A stretch of DNA of 63,148 nucleotides, filler included, from 7 parts of 7 records of this genome joined end to end with filler, not necessarily neighbours in it, one strand, 5' to 3'. Numbered from the whole stretch's first letter, positions 10,504-21,117 are shown. The notes: a model not told the origin generated them from the letters alone. Translations and numbers: made by a program.

Positions 10504-11649
10504 TCAGATCCTTTCCTTCAGGCCTGCGATCCTCTCCATGACCCTGCTGTTCCGTATCCCCTGCTTCAGAAACTGCTTGAGGATATCCAGAGCGTCTTCG
10601 GGAGACCTCAAACCCTCGTAACAGTCGGCCGCTTCCATATAGAGGCGGTAGTTTCTCGGATCGTTGCTGATCAGATCCTTCAGCGAGGTGATGGCGTCCT
10701 GATAGTTGCCCTTCTCCTTGTTGATCATGGCCAGGCCGAGGATGGCGTAGGTATCGAATTCTATGTTCAGAGCCTTGCGGTAATACTCTTCCGCTCTCTC
10801 CGGCTCGCCCAGGCTGCGGTAGGCGTCTCCCGCTCGGGTCAGGATGACCTTGTTTTTTCTGTCCATAGCCAGGATTTTGTTCCAGTAGATCAGGGACTTA
10901 TCAGGCTTGTTCAGGCCGCGATAGCAGTCGGCAAGCCCAAAAAGGGCATAAAAATTAGAGGGCTGCAGCTTGAGGGCATCCTGGAAGTAGGGGACACCGT
11001 CGTCGAAGGTCTTCAGCTTGCGATGGCAGTTCCCCAGGGAGGTGAGCACCCTTATGTCCACATGGCCCCTGTTGATTTCAAGCATCCTTTCCCAGTAGGA
11101 GAGGGCGTCCTTGTACTCCTTGAAGTCATAGTAGAGATGGCCCAGGCCGATGATGGCGTAGGAGTTATCCTTCTCCATCTCAAGCACGCGCTGATACAGT
11201 TCGTAGGAGCGCTTGAAGTTTCGCACTTTCCTGTAGGCGTCGGCTATCCTGGTCAGGACCGTGATGTTCCGGTCGTCATGGAGAAGGTACTCCTCCCAGA
11301 TATCTATGGCCCTGTTGAACTGATTCAGGGCCTTGTAACAGTCTGCCAGACCGAAGAGGGCGTAGTTGTTTCCGGGATGGGATTTCAGGCATTTCTGATA
11401 GTAGCCGACGGCGTCTTTGAAGCGTCTTTCCTTTCTGTAGCAGTCGCCCATGCCCACCAGGGCATAGTTGTTGTCTCCGTCTATGTTCAGAATCTTGCTG
11501 AATGCTTCTCTTGCTCTTTCGGTAAGGTTTTCTTTCAGGAGCTGATAGCCTCTTTTCGAGAGTTCGGATATTTCGTTTAGCGTTTCGGGGCCCAGTTCTT
11601 CTGACAAACCCTTGGCAAGTTCATCCAAATTCAGTTTGTCCTTCAGCAT
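10504..11649 (-). CDS. Tetratricopeptide repeat protein
   Basis: Repeated NYALFGLADCY-type TPR motifs at about 34-aa spacing. Confidence 0.9.
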   Translation of the reverse strand: MLKDKLNLDELAKGLSEELGPETLNEISELSKRGYQLLKENLTERAREAFSKILNIDGDNNYALVGMGDCYRKERRFKDAVGYYQKCLKSHPGNNYALFGLADCYKALNQFNRAIDIWEEYLLHDDRNITVLTRIADAYRKVRNFKRSYELYQRVLEMEKDNSYAIIGLGHLYYDFKEYKDALSYWERMLEINRGHVDIRVLTSLGNCHRKLKTFDDGVPYFQDALKLQPSNFYALFGLADCYRGLNKPDKSLIYWNKILAMDRKNKVILTRAGDAYRSLGEPERAEEYYRKALNIEFDTYAILGLAMINKEKGNYQDAITSLKDLISNDPRNYRLYMEAADCYEGLRSPEDALDILKQFLKQGIRNSRVMERIAGLKERI

Positions 11650-11674
11650 TTTTTAATCCTTTAAAATACATTTA

Positions 11675-12007
11675 TTACTTACTTTCCAGCCAGTTCCGGA
11701 TCACAAGGGCCATCTTTTCCGTAATCATGTCGACCTTATCCTGGGCGGGAGCCGCTTTGTACATCCTCAGGGCTTCGAGAGCTTCGCCCTTCTGATAGTA
11801 GCTGTCTCCCACGCGGATCAGACCGTCTGAATACCCGATGGTCATGAAGATCCTTCCGGCTGTTTCGATGTCCCCTTCATTGAAAAGCTGATTCCCCTTG
11901 CGCATAAGAATCACTTTCCTTTCGGGAGAGAGGGTGACGCCGCCGGGCTCCGGAATCTTAAGAAAACCCTTTTCCGGAATACCTTTAAGAACGTCATCCC
12001 TGTTCAT
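11675..12007 (-). CDS. Small TPR-like hypothetical protein
   Basis: LMRKGNQLFNEG, GYSDGLIRVGD; GAGGG RBS; co-oriented with the TPR gene. Confidence 0.75.
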   Translation of the reverse strand: MNRDDVLKGIPEKGFLKIPEPGGVTLSPERKVILMRKGNQLFNEGDIETAGRIFMTIGYSDGLIRVGDSYYQKGEALEALRMYKAAPAQDKVDMITEKMALVIRNWLESK

Positions 12008-12136
12008 CGTTACATCCCTCTATTATAAGATTAAAAAATCCGCATTTCAATAAAAAATGAACATTATCTTTTATTTGTAAATAAAATATGAGCCATTCCC
12101 CGCCCCGGGGGGATTGCCGAATGAATGCAGCAAGCG

Positions 12137-12225
12137 GATGGAACAGGTTCCGAGGCAAAGCCTCGGAACGAGCCGCGAAGGCGACTCGGCTCCGGAGCCT
12201 GCTCCGGAGCGTTGGGCTGTTCATC
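12137..12225. other. Multi-hairpin structured intergenic element
   Basis: Outer stem GATGGAACAG/CTGTTCATC enclosing three hairpins. Confidence 0.5.
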
Positions 12226-12804
12226 TTATATGAGCCCTTTTGTGGACATCTGCTCCGATCTCCCCTCTGCCGGCCGGAAAGCGGCGCAAAGCGAACGCCC
12301 CAGTGCCTTGTAGAGGGCCTCGGCCATATGATGGCTGTTCTCCCCGTAGAGGCAGCGGGCGTGAATGTTCAAGCCTCCCCGGTTGGCCAGGGCCTGAAGG
12401 AATTCCTTGATCAGAAAGAAGTCGAAGTTTCCCGCGCTCTGCTGGGGCCAGTCGGCCTGAAGGACAAGGTAGGGGCGGCGGCAGACGTCTATGGTCACGT
12501 CGCTCAAGGCGTCGTCCATGGGGATGACCGCGTGGCCGTATCGGGCCACGGCGCCGGTCTCCTCAAAGGTCTTCATCAGGGCGTCGCCCAGGACAAGGCC
12601 GGCGTCCTCTATCAGATGATGGGGATCCACCTCGATATCTCCCCGGGCCTCTACGTTCAGGGTGAATCCCCCGTGAAAGGCCATGGCGTTCAGCATGTGA
12701 TCGAAAAAGGGAAGCCCCGTATCCACCTTCACAGAGGGACCGCAATGCATGTCCAGCTCCAGGTGGATGGAGGTCTCTTTGGTTTCCCTGTTGATGATTA
12801 CCAT
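12226..12804 (-). CDS. hisB: Imidazoleglycerol-phosphate dehydratase
   Basis: RETKET, FFDHML, DPHHLIED, PMDDAL, NSHHMAEALYKA. Confidence 0.97.
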   Translation of the reverse strand: MVIINRETKETSIHLELDMHCGPSVKVDTGLPFFDHMLNAMAFHGGFTLNVEARGDIEVDPHHLIEDAGLVLGDALMKTFEETGAVARYGHAVIPMDDALSDVTIDVCRRPYLVLQADWPQQSAGNFDFFLIKEFLQALANRGGLNIHARCLYGENSHHMAEALYKALGRSLCAAFRPAEGRSEQMSTKGLI

Positions 12805-12805
12805 G

Positions 12806-13423
12806 TCAATCCTCCCGAATCTGCTCGATGAACGAGTTGATGGCCTTGTAATGGATCTTGTAGTAGGCGGGGTTGGCGATCAGATGCACCTTGATATCCT
12901 GTAATTTCTGGATGACCTCCAGGTTGTTGGCCTTCAGGGTGCTTCCCGTCTCCACAAGGTCGACGATGCAGGGCGCCAGACCCAGTACGGGGGCCAGCTC
13001 GACCGATCCGTTCAAACGGATGATCTTTACGGGGACGCCCTGGTCGTGGAACCACTTCCTGGTCATCTCGGTATAGCTGGTGGCGATGGTCAGGGGACCC
13101 GTATGGTTTTCCAGGGAGAAGTCTTTAAGCCCCGCGATGCTGAGGGAGGTCCCTCCGAAGGAGAAGGGCAGGAGCTTGTGGAACTGATGTCCCGATTCGT
13201 AGATGACGTCTTCGCCGCAGATCCCGAGGCCCGCGATGCCGTGGGCCACATAGGTGGGGAGGTCGCTGTTTTTCACCAAATAGATTTTCAGGTTCTCTTC
13301 TTTGTCGAAGGCGACGAGTTTTCGCTTCTCGAATTCGAAATAGATGCCCTTGGCTTCGAAGTGCTTCTGTACTCTGTCAAAAAGTCTGCCCTTGGGAAGG
13401 GCTATGGTCAAAGGGGTGCTCAT
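12806..13423 (-). CDS. hisG: ATP phosphoribosyltransferase, short form
   Basis: IALPKGRL, DLPTYV, LNGSVELAP, IVDLVETGSTLKANNL. Confidence 0.97.
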   Translation of the reverse strand: MSTPLTIALPKGRLFDRVQKHFEAKGIYFEFEKRKLVAFDKEENLKIYLVKNSDLPTYVAHGIAGLGICGEDVIYESGHQFHKLLPFSFGGTSLSIAGLKDFSLENHTGPLTIATSYTEMTRKWFHDQGVPVKIIRLNGSVELAPVLGLAPCIVDLVETGSTLKANNLEVIQKLQDIKVHLIANPAYYKIHYKAINSFIEQIRED

Positions 13424-13451
13424 TGTGTCTCCTCATTCAGCCCGAGGGGCC

Positions 13452-14525
13452 TTACTTTCTTGTCTCCGCCAGCTTCTGGGCAGCGCTTTTGGATTCGTCA
13501 TTCTGGCCCAGAACTTCGCTACCCGAAATCTTCAGGGCGCTGAGCTTCTCCAGCTTCCGCAGAAACATGGAAAAACCAACGGATGAGGCGGGTCTGCCTC
13601 CGCTGTATCCGAAATGGTCGAGCAGTCCGTCGTACCGTCCGCCGGAGGCGACGGAGGAACCGCTGCCCTCCGTAAAGGCTGTGAAGACGATCCCCGAGTA
13701 GTAGGGCTGGTTTCCGGTCTCCGACAGGTCGATGTTGAAGAACTCGTCAAAGCCTTCCACCGCGGCCCAGCCGTCGCTTATCTCTTCGAGGTAGGAGAGG
13801 GAGTCCTTCAGGCTGCCGTCAAGCAGGCTGTTCCACTCGTCCAGCTTCGCGTGAAACTCATCCCGTGAGCCGATGAACAGAAGCAGCTTCGTCAGGGCGG
13901 CGGCGTCCTCTTTCCTGTAAACCCGTCCCAGGGTCTTGCGGATCTCCCGTTCCTCCCGGGTCTGAAGGAAACGGCTCAGCTCGCTCTCGCCTTCCCTGTC
14001 CAGGGCGCCGGCGATGGTCCGGAAAAGGGGGGTGGAGCCCACATGGATCCTGCTTTCCGGAAGCTTGACGCTCTTCAGGAGTTCGGCCAGCAGGAAGAGG
14101 ATCTCCAGGTCCCCTTCGAGGCCGGGTTTTCCAATCAGCTCGCAGCCGGTCTGGAAGAACTCATGGCTGGCGATGTCCTCATGATCCTTGTAACGGAGGG
14201 TGGAGTCGGCGTAATGGACCCGTACGGGGAATTCGTCCTCGCTCAGGGTCATGCCCATCTGCCTGGCAAGGAAGAGGGTTATATCGGAACGGAGCATCAA
14301 AAGTTCTCCATCACGATCAATGAGCTTGTAGGTCTGCTGTTCCAGATTGCTGTCCAGCAGGTTCCTGTAGTTGTCGTAGAAATCGAAAACCGGCGTCTGT
14401 ACGGGAAGATAGCCCCAGCGCTCGGTCAGGTCTTCCATTTGCCGCAGGATCCTCCGATGGCGAAAGGTCTCTTCCAGATAGAGTGATTCCGTTCCCTGGG
14501 GAAGGCGCAGCAGGTTATTCTTCAT
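13452..14525 (-). CDS. hisZ: ATP phosphoribosyltransferase regulatory subunit
   Basis: HisRS-like LRSDIT, EFFQTGCELIG, YYSGIVF, SGGRYDGL; adjacent to short hisG. Confidence 0.93.
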   Translation of the reverse strand: MKNNLLRLPQGTESLYLEETFRHRRILRQMEDLTERWGYLPVQTPVFDFYDNYRNLLDSNLEQQTYKLIDRDGELLMLRSDITLFLARQMGMTLSEDEFPVRVHYADSTLRYKDHEDIASHEFFQTGCELIGKPGLEGDLEILFLLAELLKSVKLPESRIHVGSTPLFRTIAGALDREGESELSRFLQTREEREIRKTLGRVYRKEDAAALTKLLLFIGSRDEFHAKLDEWNSLLDGSLKDSLSYLEEISDGWAAVEGFDEFFNIDLSETGNQPYYSGIVFTAFTEGSGSSVASGGRYDGLLDHFGYSGGRPASSVGFSMFLRKLEKLSALKISGSEVLGQNDESKSAAQKLAETRK

Positions 14526-14615
14526 GTGTATTCTTCTCCACAAATGTTTTGCCCGAATAGTATAGTATGATATGGATTATGCAAAAACCCCGTATATCAC
14601 AATAAGGCGACTCTT

Positions 14616-16190
14616 TTATTGCGAATCGCAGTATGACACGATGCCTCTGACGATTCGGTCGGCGTCATCCTGGCGCAGGCCCTCGTTCCGGATGGCCCAG
14701 GCGTTGTTGGTGTAGGCCAGGTTGCGGACCTCCACCAGTACGGACGCGGAAGCCGGATTGTCCTGCAGAACCCTGACCTCCTGGGCCCTTGAGGCCGAGC
14801 CGAGGCCCATATGGCGGACGAGACCGGCGGCCAGCTCCTCCGACCTGGTTCCCGCTTCCTCGGGGTGGAAGAGGATGCGGGTGCCCGCTCCGTCCCCCGG
14901 ATTGTTGTCCGCATGGATACTGATGAAGATGGTTTTTCTCCTTCTCCTTCCCAGGATTTCTGAGGTCACGACCTTCCTCTGGTCCAGACCCCATGAGTTC
15001 CCCACGGGCCAGACATAGCTTCTGTCCTGTGCATTGACTGTCCGGCTGTTGTACACCTCGTTCTTCTCGTTCACATAGGTGATCGAGGCGTCTTCCGTGG
15101 GGCGGATGGTGTGGTTGGGGCTGATCACCGTCAGGCCCACCTCCGCGCCGTGGCGCACCAGGTCCCGGTAGACCCGCAGGGATATATCGTAGGCGTATTC
15201 GTCTTCCACCACATAGACGGTGTTTCCGTTTCCGTCGCTGTTGGAGACGACCGCTCCCGGATCCAGTCCTCCGTGGCCGGGATCGATAACGATGGTATAG
15301 CCTCTGAGTTCCCGTCCCAGGGCGGGAAGTTTGCGGACCGCTGCGTCGAAATCATCCAGCAGAGCCCTCGCCCTGACGTAATTGTTCATCGAGTCGTCCA
15401 GATCCTCCTCCGAGTAAGAGGCGCTGGGCTGGGTGCGCCGCCTTGTGGGGAGGGCGTAGTAGAGAGCCGGGCTGAGGTCCAGGGAGGCCAGCTTCAGATC
15501 GGGACGGGGCATCTCCTTTTCGGCGTCAGCGCCAGCAGAAGCGTTCGATCCCGTTCCGGAGGAGGCCGATGAGGAGGCGATGACGGGTGAGCCCGTGAGC
15601 ACCCGGCTGTCTCTCTCGTCCAGCTCCAGCACCCGGGGGTAGAGCTGCAGGGCCAGGCCGTTTCTCAGAAGGTCCGAATCGAGATCGTTCCAGGTCTTCA
15701 GCTCTTCCACGCTGACTCCGTAGCGGCGGGCGATGCCCCAGAGCGAGTCCCCGGTCCCGACGGTGACGGTCTGGGGACGGGAGTCAGTGAGCCTCAGTTC
15801 CTGGCCCACCCCCAGGGCGGCGGATTCCATGGCGTTGATCTGCTTCAGCCTCTCCTGGGATATATCGAATTTCAGGGATATCCAGCTCAGGCTGTCCCCC
15901 CTGCGGACCGTCCAAGTCTCGTCCTCCCGGGGGGGCCGGATCAGCTCCAGGATCTGGCCGGTTTTCAGGATGGAGTGGTTCATCCGGTTCAGGGAAACCA
16001 GCTTGTCCTGGTCGATCCCGTAGCGGAGGGCTATGCCCGAGATCGTATCGCCGGGGACGACCTTATGGCTGTTCGGAAAGGAGTGAGGAATCTTCAGCTC
16101 CTCTCCGCTGTAGAGCAGATCCCTGTCCAGCCCATTGAGTTTTTTGAGGTCTTCCATGCTGCAGTCGTAGATCCTCGACAGGACGCTCAG
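14616..16190 (-). CDS. Multi-LysM N-acetylmuramoyl-L-alanine amidase (Amidase_3), 5' partial
   Basis: At least four LysM repeats (GDTISGIA, GDSLSWIS, GDSLWGIA); IDPGHGGLDPGA, FISIHAD, VLVEV. Confidence 0.9.
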   Translation of the reverse strand: MSVLSRIYDCSMEDLKKLNGLDRDLLYSGEELKIPHSFPNSHKVVPGDTISGIALRYGIDQDKLVSLNRMNHSILKTGQILELIRPPREDETWTVRRGDSLSWISLKFDISQERLKQINAMESAALGVGQELRLTDSRPQTVTVGTGDSLWGIARRYGVSVEELKTWNDLDSDLLRNGLALQLYPRVLELDERDSRVLTGSPVIASSSASSGTGSNASAGADAEKEMPRPDLKLASLDLSPALYYALPTRRRTQPSASYSEEDLDDSMNNYVRARALLDDFDAAVRKLPALGRELRGYTIVIDPGHGGLDPGAVVSNSDGNGNTVYVVEDEYAYDISLRVYRDLVRHGAEVGLTVISPNHTIRPTEDASITYVNEKNEVYNSRTVNAQDRSYVWPVGNSWGLDQRKVVTSEILGRRRRKTIFISIHADNNPGDGAGTRILFHPEEAGTRSEELAAGLVRHMGLGSASRAQEVRVLQDNPASASVLVEVRNLAYTNNAWAIRNEGLRQDDADRIVRGIVSYCDSQ

Positions 16191-16191
16191 G

Positions 16192-16291
16192 NNNNNNNNN
16201 NNNNNNNNNNNNNNNNNNNNNNNNNNNNNNNNNNNTTAATTAATTAANNNNNNNNNNNNNNNNNNNNNNNNNNNNNNNNNNNNNNNNNNNN
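16192..16291. other. Artificial contig spacer
   Basis: N44-TTAATTAATTAA-N44. Confidence 0.99.
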
Positions 16292-16425
16292 TTTCTCTAA
16301 AACTTTCGGAGGCTAGTGAAATTTTGTAATAAAATATCGTGGATATTTTACATTCTTTCAATTATTCAAAACTATTTAACGGGCGATTATTTCTAAAAAA
16401 AAGTAAATATGAGTTGTTACAAGAC

Positions 16426-16461
16426 AAAAAGGGTTGACCTAAAACACTTTAGATCAACCCT
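16426..16461 (-). terminator. Intrinsic terminator after lysA
   Basis: AGGGTTGACCTAAA-acac-TTTAGATCAACCCT with an A-run (U-tract on minus). Confidence 0.75.
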
Positions 16462-16483
16462 CATCATTGTATATTTATTCTTA

Positions 16484-17644
16484 TTAAATCTGATCGGAAT
16501 ATATCGCCTGAGGCAATTGCCTTAAGTTGTATTGATTAGCCATTACTTCACCGTAAGCTCCTGCAGAACGAATAGCAATTAAATCGCCTCTTCCTATTTT
16601 AGGTAAACTTACCGCCTTTCCGAAGCAATCGGACGATTCACAAATAGGACCTACTACATCGTACTTATCACTTTCTTGAGTTGAGCTTAGGTTTTCTATT
16701 TTATGATATGCCTGATATAAAGCCGGACGAATTAAATCACTCATACCTGCATCTACAATGGCAAAATGCGTATTTACACCTTCTTTTACATATAATACCT
16801 TGCTCATTAAAGTCCCACTTTGGCAAACAACAGAACGGCCTAATTCAAAGTGTAATTCCTGTCCTTCCTTTAACTCTAAAAACTCATCGAAAATGGCAAA
16901 GAATTTTTCAAAATCAGGCATTGGATTTTCATCCGGGTTTTCGTAATCAATACCTAATCCACCACCCACATTAACAATTTTAGGAATAGCTCTCTTTTCA
17001 ACAAAAAGTTCCTGTAACTCATTTACGCGTGTACATAGTTGCTTAAAAGAATCTAAATCGTTGATTTGAGAACCAATGTGAAAGTGGATTCCCACAAACT
17101 CTACATTTGGTAGTTCCTTTACTTTATTCAGTACTTTTTCTAAATCCCAGATGTAAATCCCAAATTTATTTTCCTCAAGCCCTGTCGTAATATATTTATG
17201 CGTATTGGCCTTTACATTTGGATTAATGCGCAGTGCAATGCGAGCTGTTTTATTAAGACGAACTGCAATTTCACTGATAATCTCTAATTCCGGTATGGAT
17301 TCTACATTAAAGCAAGCAATATCATTTTCTAATCCGGTAATGATTTCTTTATCCGCTTTACCTACTCCGGCAAAAACCACTTTATTAGATGGAAAACCGG
17401 CATCTAAAGAAGCTGACACTTCATTACCACTCACGCAATCGGCACCAAATCCATATTCATTAATTTGTTGCAGAATGCGTTTATTGGCATTTGCTTTTAC
17501 AGCATAATGAATATGATATCCATATTTATCAGATTCTTGCTTAATGACATTTAAGGTATCGTTAAGCAATTGCATATTATAATAGTAGAAAGGCGTTTCT
17601 ATCTGGTTTAGTTTTTCAACAGGAAATTGATTGTACATCTTCAA
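16484..17644 (-). CDS. lysA: Diaminopimelate decarboxylase
   Basis: YAVKAN, HFHIGSQ, NVGGGLG, ELGRS, VGPICESSD, AGAYG. Confidence 0.97.
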   Translation of the reverse strand: MKMYNQFPVEKLNQIETPFYYYNMQLLNDTLNVIKQESDKYGYHIHYAVKANANKRILQQINEYGFGADCVSGNEVSASLDAGFPSNKVVFAGVGKADKEIITGLENDIACFNVESIPELEIISEIAVRLNKTARIALRINPNVKANTHKYITTGLEENKFGIYIWDLEKVLNKVKELPNVEFVGIHFHIGSQINDLDSFKQLCTRVNELQELFVEKRAIPKIVNVGGGLGIDYENPDENPMPDFEKFFAIFDEFLELKEGQELHFELGRSVVCQSGTLMSKVLYVKEGVNTHFAIVDAGMSDLIRPALYQAYHKIENLSSTQESDKYDVVGPICESSDCFGKAVSLPKIGRGDLIAIRSAGAYGEVMANQYNLRQLPQAIYSDQI

Positions 17645-17650
17645 AAACCA

Positions 17651-18961
17651 TTAAAATAAATTATCACTTAAAGCGTTTAGTGCTTCTTTTTTATAACTCT
17701 CATCAATTAGAATGGAAATATTGTGGTTACTTCCACCATATGAAATCATTCGGATTGGAATATTTTTTAAGGCTGTAAAAATACGATTGGCATAACCTTT
17801 ATGCGTTGCTACCAAATCACCTACTACACAAATAATAACCTGTTTTGTATCTACATCTACAGTTCCAAACTTCTTTAAATCATCCACAATATCATCAAGA
17901 TGACGATTATTATCGATGGTTACAGAAACACCAACCTCTGAAGTGGTAATCATATCAATTGGTGTTTTATATGTTTCGAAAATTTCGAATACCTTACGCA
18001 GGAATCCGTAAGCCAATAACATTCGACCCGATTTAATTTTAATAGCCGTAATGTTATCTTTTGCAGCAACAGCTGTAATTCTTTCTTTTTCCTGACTCGA
18101 TGAAATTAAGGTACCCTGTGCTTTTGGTTCCATTGTGTTTAGAAGTCGAACCGGTGTATTGCTTAGTTTAGCTGGTAGAACACTGGTTGGGTGCAGAATT
18201 TTAGCCCCAAAATAAGCCAACTCAGCCGCTTCATCAAACGACAAATTAGCAATGGAATGTGTTTTTTCTACAAAACGAGGGTCGTTATTATGCATACCAT
18301 CAATATCCGTCCAAATTTGAATTTCTTCGGCCGAAATGGCTGCTCCAATTAAGCTGGCTGTAAAATCACTTCCTCCTCGTTGTAGATTATCTATCTCGCC
18401 AAAAGCATTTCTACATATGTATCCTTGTGTTATATATATATCAAAACCATCATTATCAGCTAATACCTTATTAGTGTTTTCCTTAATATATAAAGTGTCC
18501 GGCTCATTATGTTTGTCAATACGCATAAATTCAAGCGCTTGCAACAAAGTGGAGTTCTTACCTTGTTCTTCCAGATAAAACTGAAACATGGCTGTTGAAA
18601 TAAGTTCTCCTTGTGCAAGAATTGCTTTTTCTTCGTGCGCTGTAAACATATCCTTCGTAAAAGATCTGATGTAATCGAAATGTGTTTCAATCAGCTCTTT
18701 TCCTTTTTGTTTGAATTCAGGTGTAGAATAAAGCGCGTCTATTTCACCAAAATACTTTTGTTGTAACGAAGTAATCAACTCATTCGCACCATCATTGTTC
18801 TTTTTATAAAGATAATTGGCTATCTCAACTAAGCTGTTTGTGGTGCCAGACATTGCGGATAAAACGACTAGATTTTTATCGCCATTGCAAACCAAATTGG
18901 CTACTTCCTTTATTCTATCTGCAGAACCTACTGAGGTTCCTCCAAACTTGAGTACTTTCAT
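17651..18961 (-). CDS. lysC: Aspartate kinase
   Basis: MKVLKFGGTSVG, RGGSD, WTDIDG, EAAELAYFGAKILHP, ACT domains. Confidence 0.96.
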   Translation of the reverse strand: MKVLKFGGTSVGSADRIKEVANLVCNGDKNLVVLSAMSGTTNSLVEIANYLYKKNNDGANELITSLQQKYFGEIDALYSTPEFKQKGKELIETHFDYIRSFTKDMFTAHEEKAILAQGELISTAMFQFYLEEQGKNSTLLQALEFMRIDKHNEPDTLYIKENTNKVLADNDGFDIYITQGYICRNAFGEIDNLQRGGSDFTASLIGAAISAEEIQIWTDIDGMHNNDPRFVEKTHSIANLSFDEAAELAYFGAKILHPTSVLPAKLSNTPVRLLNTMEPKAQGTLISSSQEKERITAVAAKDNITAIKIKSGRMLLAYGFLRKVFEIFETYKTPIDMITTSEVGVSVTIDNNRHLDDIVDDLKKFGTVDVDTKQVIICVVGDLVATHKGYANRIFTALKNIPIRMISYGGSNHNISILIDESYKKEALNALSDNLF

Positions 18962-19184
18962 AAGTTTATAGTTTCTTTTCATAGTTCATGAAATGCCCTT
19001 CATATTAATTGGTGAGTATTTCATTTGTCAACGCTAAAGCAATTTACTATTAAACAGTTATTTCAGAAAAAATTGCAGGCGTAAAAGTAGAACAATGTTT
19101 TATTATTTCACAAGAAGTAATAATATATAACAAAAAATGCCCAATTTGTTAAATTAGGCACATATTTGTGATATTTTACTAAAA

Positions 19185-20168
19185 TTATTCTTCTTTAATA
19201 AAAACCTCAATCAACTTAGCTTCTCCATCAGGTATGATTTCAATATTATCAATTGCAGCAGGAATTAAGATGGTTTCACCTTTTGATATACTTTCTTCTT
19301 CGCCATTATCACATTTAATCACAGCTCCTCCCTCTAAACACATGTATACAACAAAAGAGTTTAACACATATACATCTTTATTGTAAGCTCTGTCAATATT
19401 TAACAGGTTAGTTGTAAAATAAGGACAGCTGGCCAAATTAACAGATGCATTAACCTCGCTTTGGTAATCTACCTTTTCGGTAACTTCAGTAAAATTAATG
19501 GCATCCAATGCTAAATCGGTATGTAACTCACGCGTGTTTCCATTACTATCTTTTCTATCGTAATCATAAATACGATATGTTACATCTGATGTCTGCTGAA
19601 TTTCGGCTAATAAAACACCTGCTCCAATAGCATGTACATTTCCTGCCGGAATAAAAAAAGTATCTCCTTCGTTTACTTTGTGGGATCTTAATATCTTCAT
19701 TAAGTTACCACCTTCTAATGCCTTTAGATATTCTTCTTTATTAGATTCTTTTACAAACCCGGAAACTAAATGACTTTTAGCATCCGCCTGCAATACGTAC
19801 CACATTTCTGTTTTTCCATAGGCCTGATGTCTTTCTTTTGACAAAACATCATCCGGGTGTACCTGAATGGATAAATCCTGGTTGGCATCAATAAACTTAA
19901 ATAGTAATGGAAACTCATTGCCAAATTTCTGGTAAACAGGTTCGCCAACCAAATCAGCCATGTAAACCTCAATTATTTCATCAAGTTCGTTACCTTCTAA
20001 AAAACCATTAGCCACTACAGAAACATCACCTTTCACACCAGATATTTCCCATGATTCACCAAGGTTATCAAGATCACTTTTTTTATTGAGAACGGTTTTT
20101 AATTTATTTCCGCCCCAGATTTTATCTTTTAAAATGGGATTAAACTTAATTGGATATAGCTTACTCAT
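19185..20168 (-). CDS. manA: Mannose-6-phosphate isomerase, type I
   Basis: IWGG, GESWE, LSIQVHP, GKTEMWY, EIQQTSDVTYR. Confidence 0.93.
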   Translation of the reverse strand: MSKLYPIKFNPILKDKIWGGNKLKTVLNKKSDLDNLGESWEISGVKGDVSVVANGFLEGNELDEIIEVYMADLVGEPVYQKFGNEFPLLFKFIDANQDLSIQVHPDDVLSKERHQAYGKTEMWYVLQADAKSHLVSGFVKESNKEEYLKALEGGNLMKILRSHKVNEGDTFFIPAGNVHAIGAGVLLAEIQQTSDVTYRIYDYDRKDSNGNTRELHTDLALDAINFTEVTEKVDYQSEVNASVNLASCPYFTTNLLNIDRAYNKDVYVLNSFVVYMCLEGGAVIKCDNGEEESISKGETILIPAAIDNIEIIPDGEAKLIEVFIKEE

Positions 20169-20356
20169 ATTTGAAATTGAATTTGACGACAAATTAAAGA
20201 AATTCAAACAGTAGAAAAAGAAAATTAATGTATTTATAAAATCATTAAAATTTTAAATAGTCGAAATTGTTCAATTCTGATTCGCATTCTGAACATCAAT
20301 TCTTTCTAAAATCAGTATAAAACACCGATGAAGTTTTGTAATCGCTCTGTGAAATG

Positions 20357-20364
20357 TACCTTTG
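20357..20364 (+). promoter_or_regulatory. Bacteroidota housekeeping promoter -7 element
   Basis: TACCTTTG matches TAnnTTTG, just upstream of engB. Confidence 0.6.
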
Positions 20365-20373
20365 CAAAAAAAA

Positions 20374-20970
20374 ATGGAAATTAAAAAGGCATCTTTTCTC
20401 ACTTCCAGTTCAAAACCGAATCAATGTCCGGAGGCCGACAAACCGGAATATGCTTTTATTGGAAGATCCAATGTAGGCAAGTCTTCTTTAATTAACATAC
20501 TGTGTAATCAAAACGGTTTAGCTAAGACTTCATCTACTCCAGGAAAAACCCAGTTAATAAACCATTTTAATATTGATGATAGCTGGTATTTGGTTGATTT
20601 ACCCGGATATGGTTATGCCAAAGTTTCTAAAACACAACGCAAACAATTTAAACTACTCATTGATACCTATCTGAGACATCGTTCCAATTTAATGTGCTTG
20701 TTTGTTTTGGTTGATATCCGCCATAAACCACAAGCTGCCGATTTGGAATTTATGCATCAAATGGGGGTTTGGGGAATTCCTTTTGTCATTGTTTTTACTA
20801 AAGCCGATAAACTAAAACCCACTGAAATTGAAAAAAATACAGAAATTTACAAAAATACATTACTCAAAGAATGGGAGGATTTACCACAATTTTTCATCAC
20901 CTCAAGCGAAAAAGGAGATGGAAAAGATGAAATTCTGTCATTTATAGAACAAGTTAACGAACAATGGTAG
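20374..20970 (+). CDS. engB: Ribosome biogenesis GTPase YihA/YsxC
   Basis: GRSNVGKSS, PGKTQ, DLPGYGYA, TKADK. Confidence 0.96.
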   Translation: MEIKKASFLTSSSKPNQCPEADKPEYAFIGRSNVGKSSLINILCNQNGLAKTSSTPGKTQLINHFNIDDSWYLVDLPGYGYAKVSKTQRKQFKLLIDTYLRHRSNLMCLFVLVDIRHKPQAADLEFMHQMGVWGIPFVIVFTKADKLKPTEIEKNTEIYKNTLLKEWEDLPQFFITSSEKGDGKDEILSFIEQVNEQW

Positions 20971-21067
20971 TAGTTTGCTTCTAAAAATGATAAAACTAAC
21001 CTTTAGTTAATAATAAGGAAACGTTTTAAATAATAGCAATACTGAGATAAATCAGTAATAGATTTTA

Positions 21068-21075
21068 TATCTTTG
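21068..21075 (+). promoter_or_regulatory. Bacteroidota -7 promoter element
   Basis: TATCTTTG(CACCG) upstream of prs. Confidence 0.65.
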
Positions 21076-21117
21076 CACCGTCTTACTAAATAATAAACAG
21101 AAAAACAACTATTTACG

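Noticed and set aside
10432-11580. 382-aa + strand ORF
   Set aside because: Antisense shadow of the TPR gene in GC-rich DNA
12088-12831. 247-aa + strand ORF
   Set aside because: Antisense shadow of hisB
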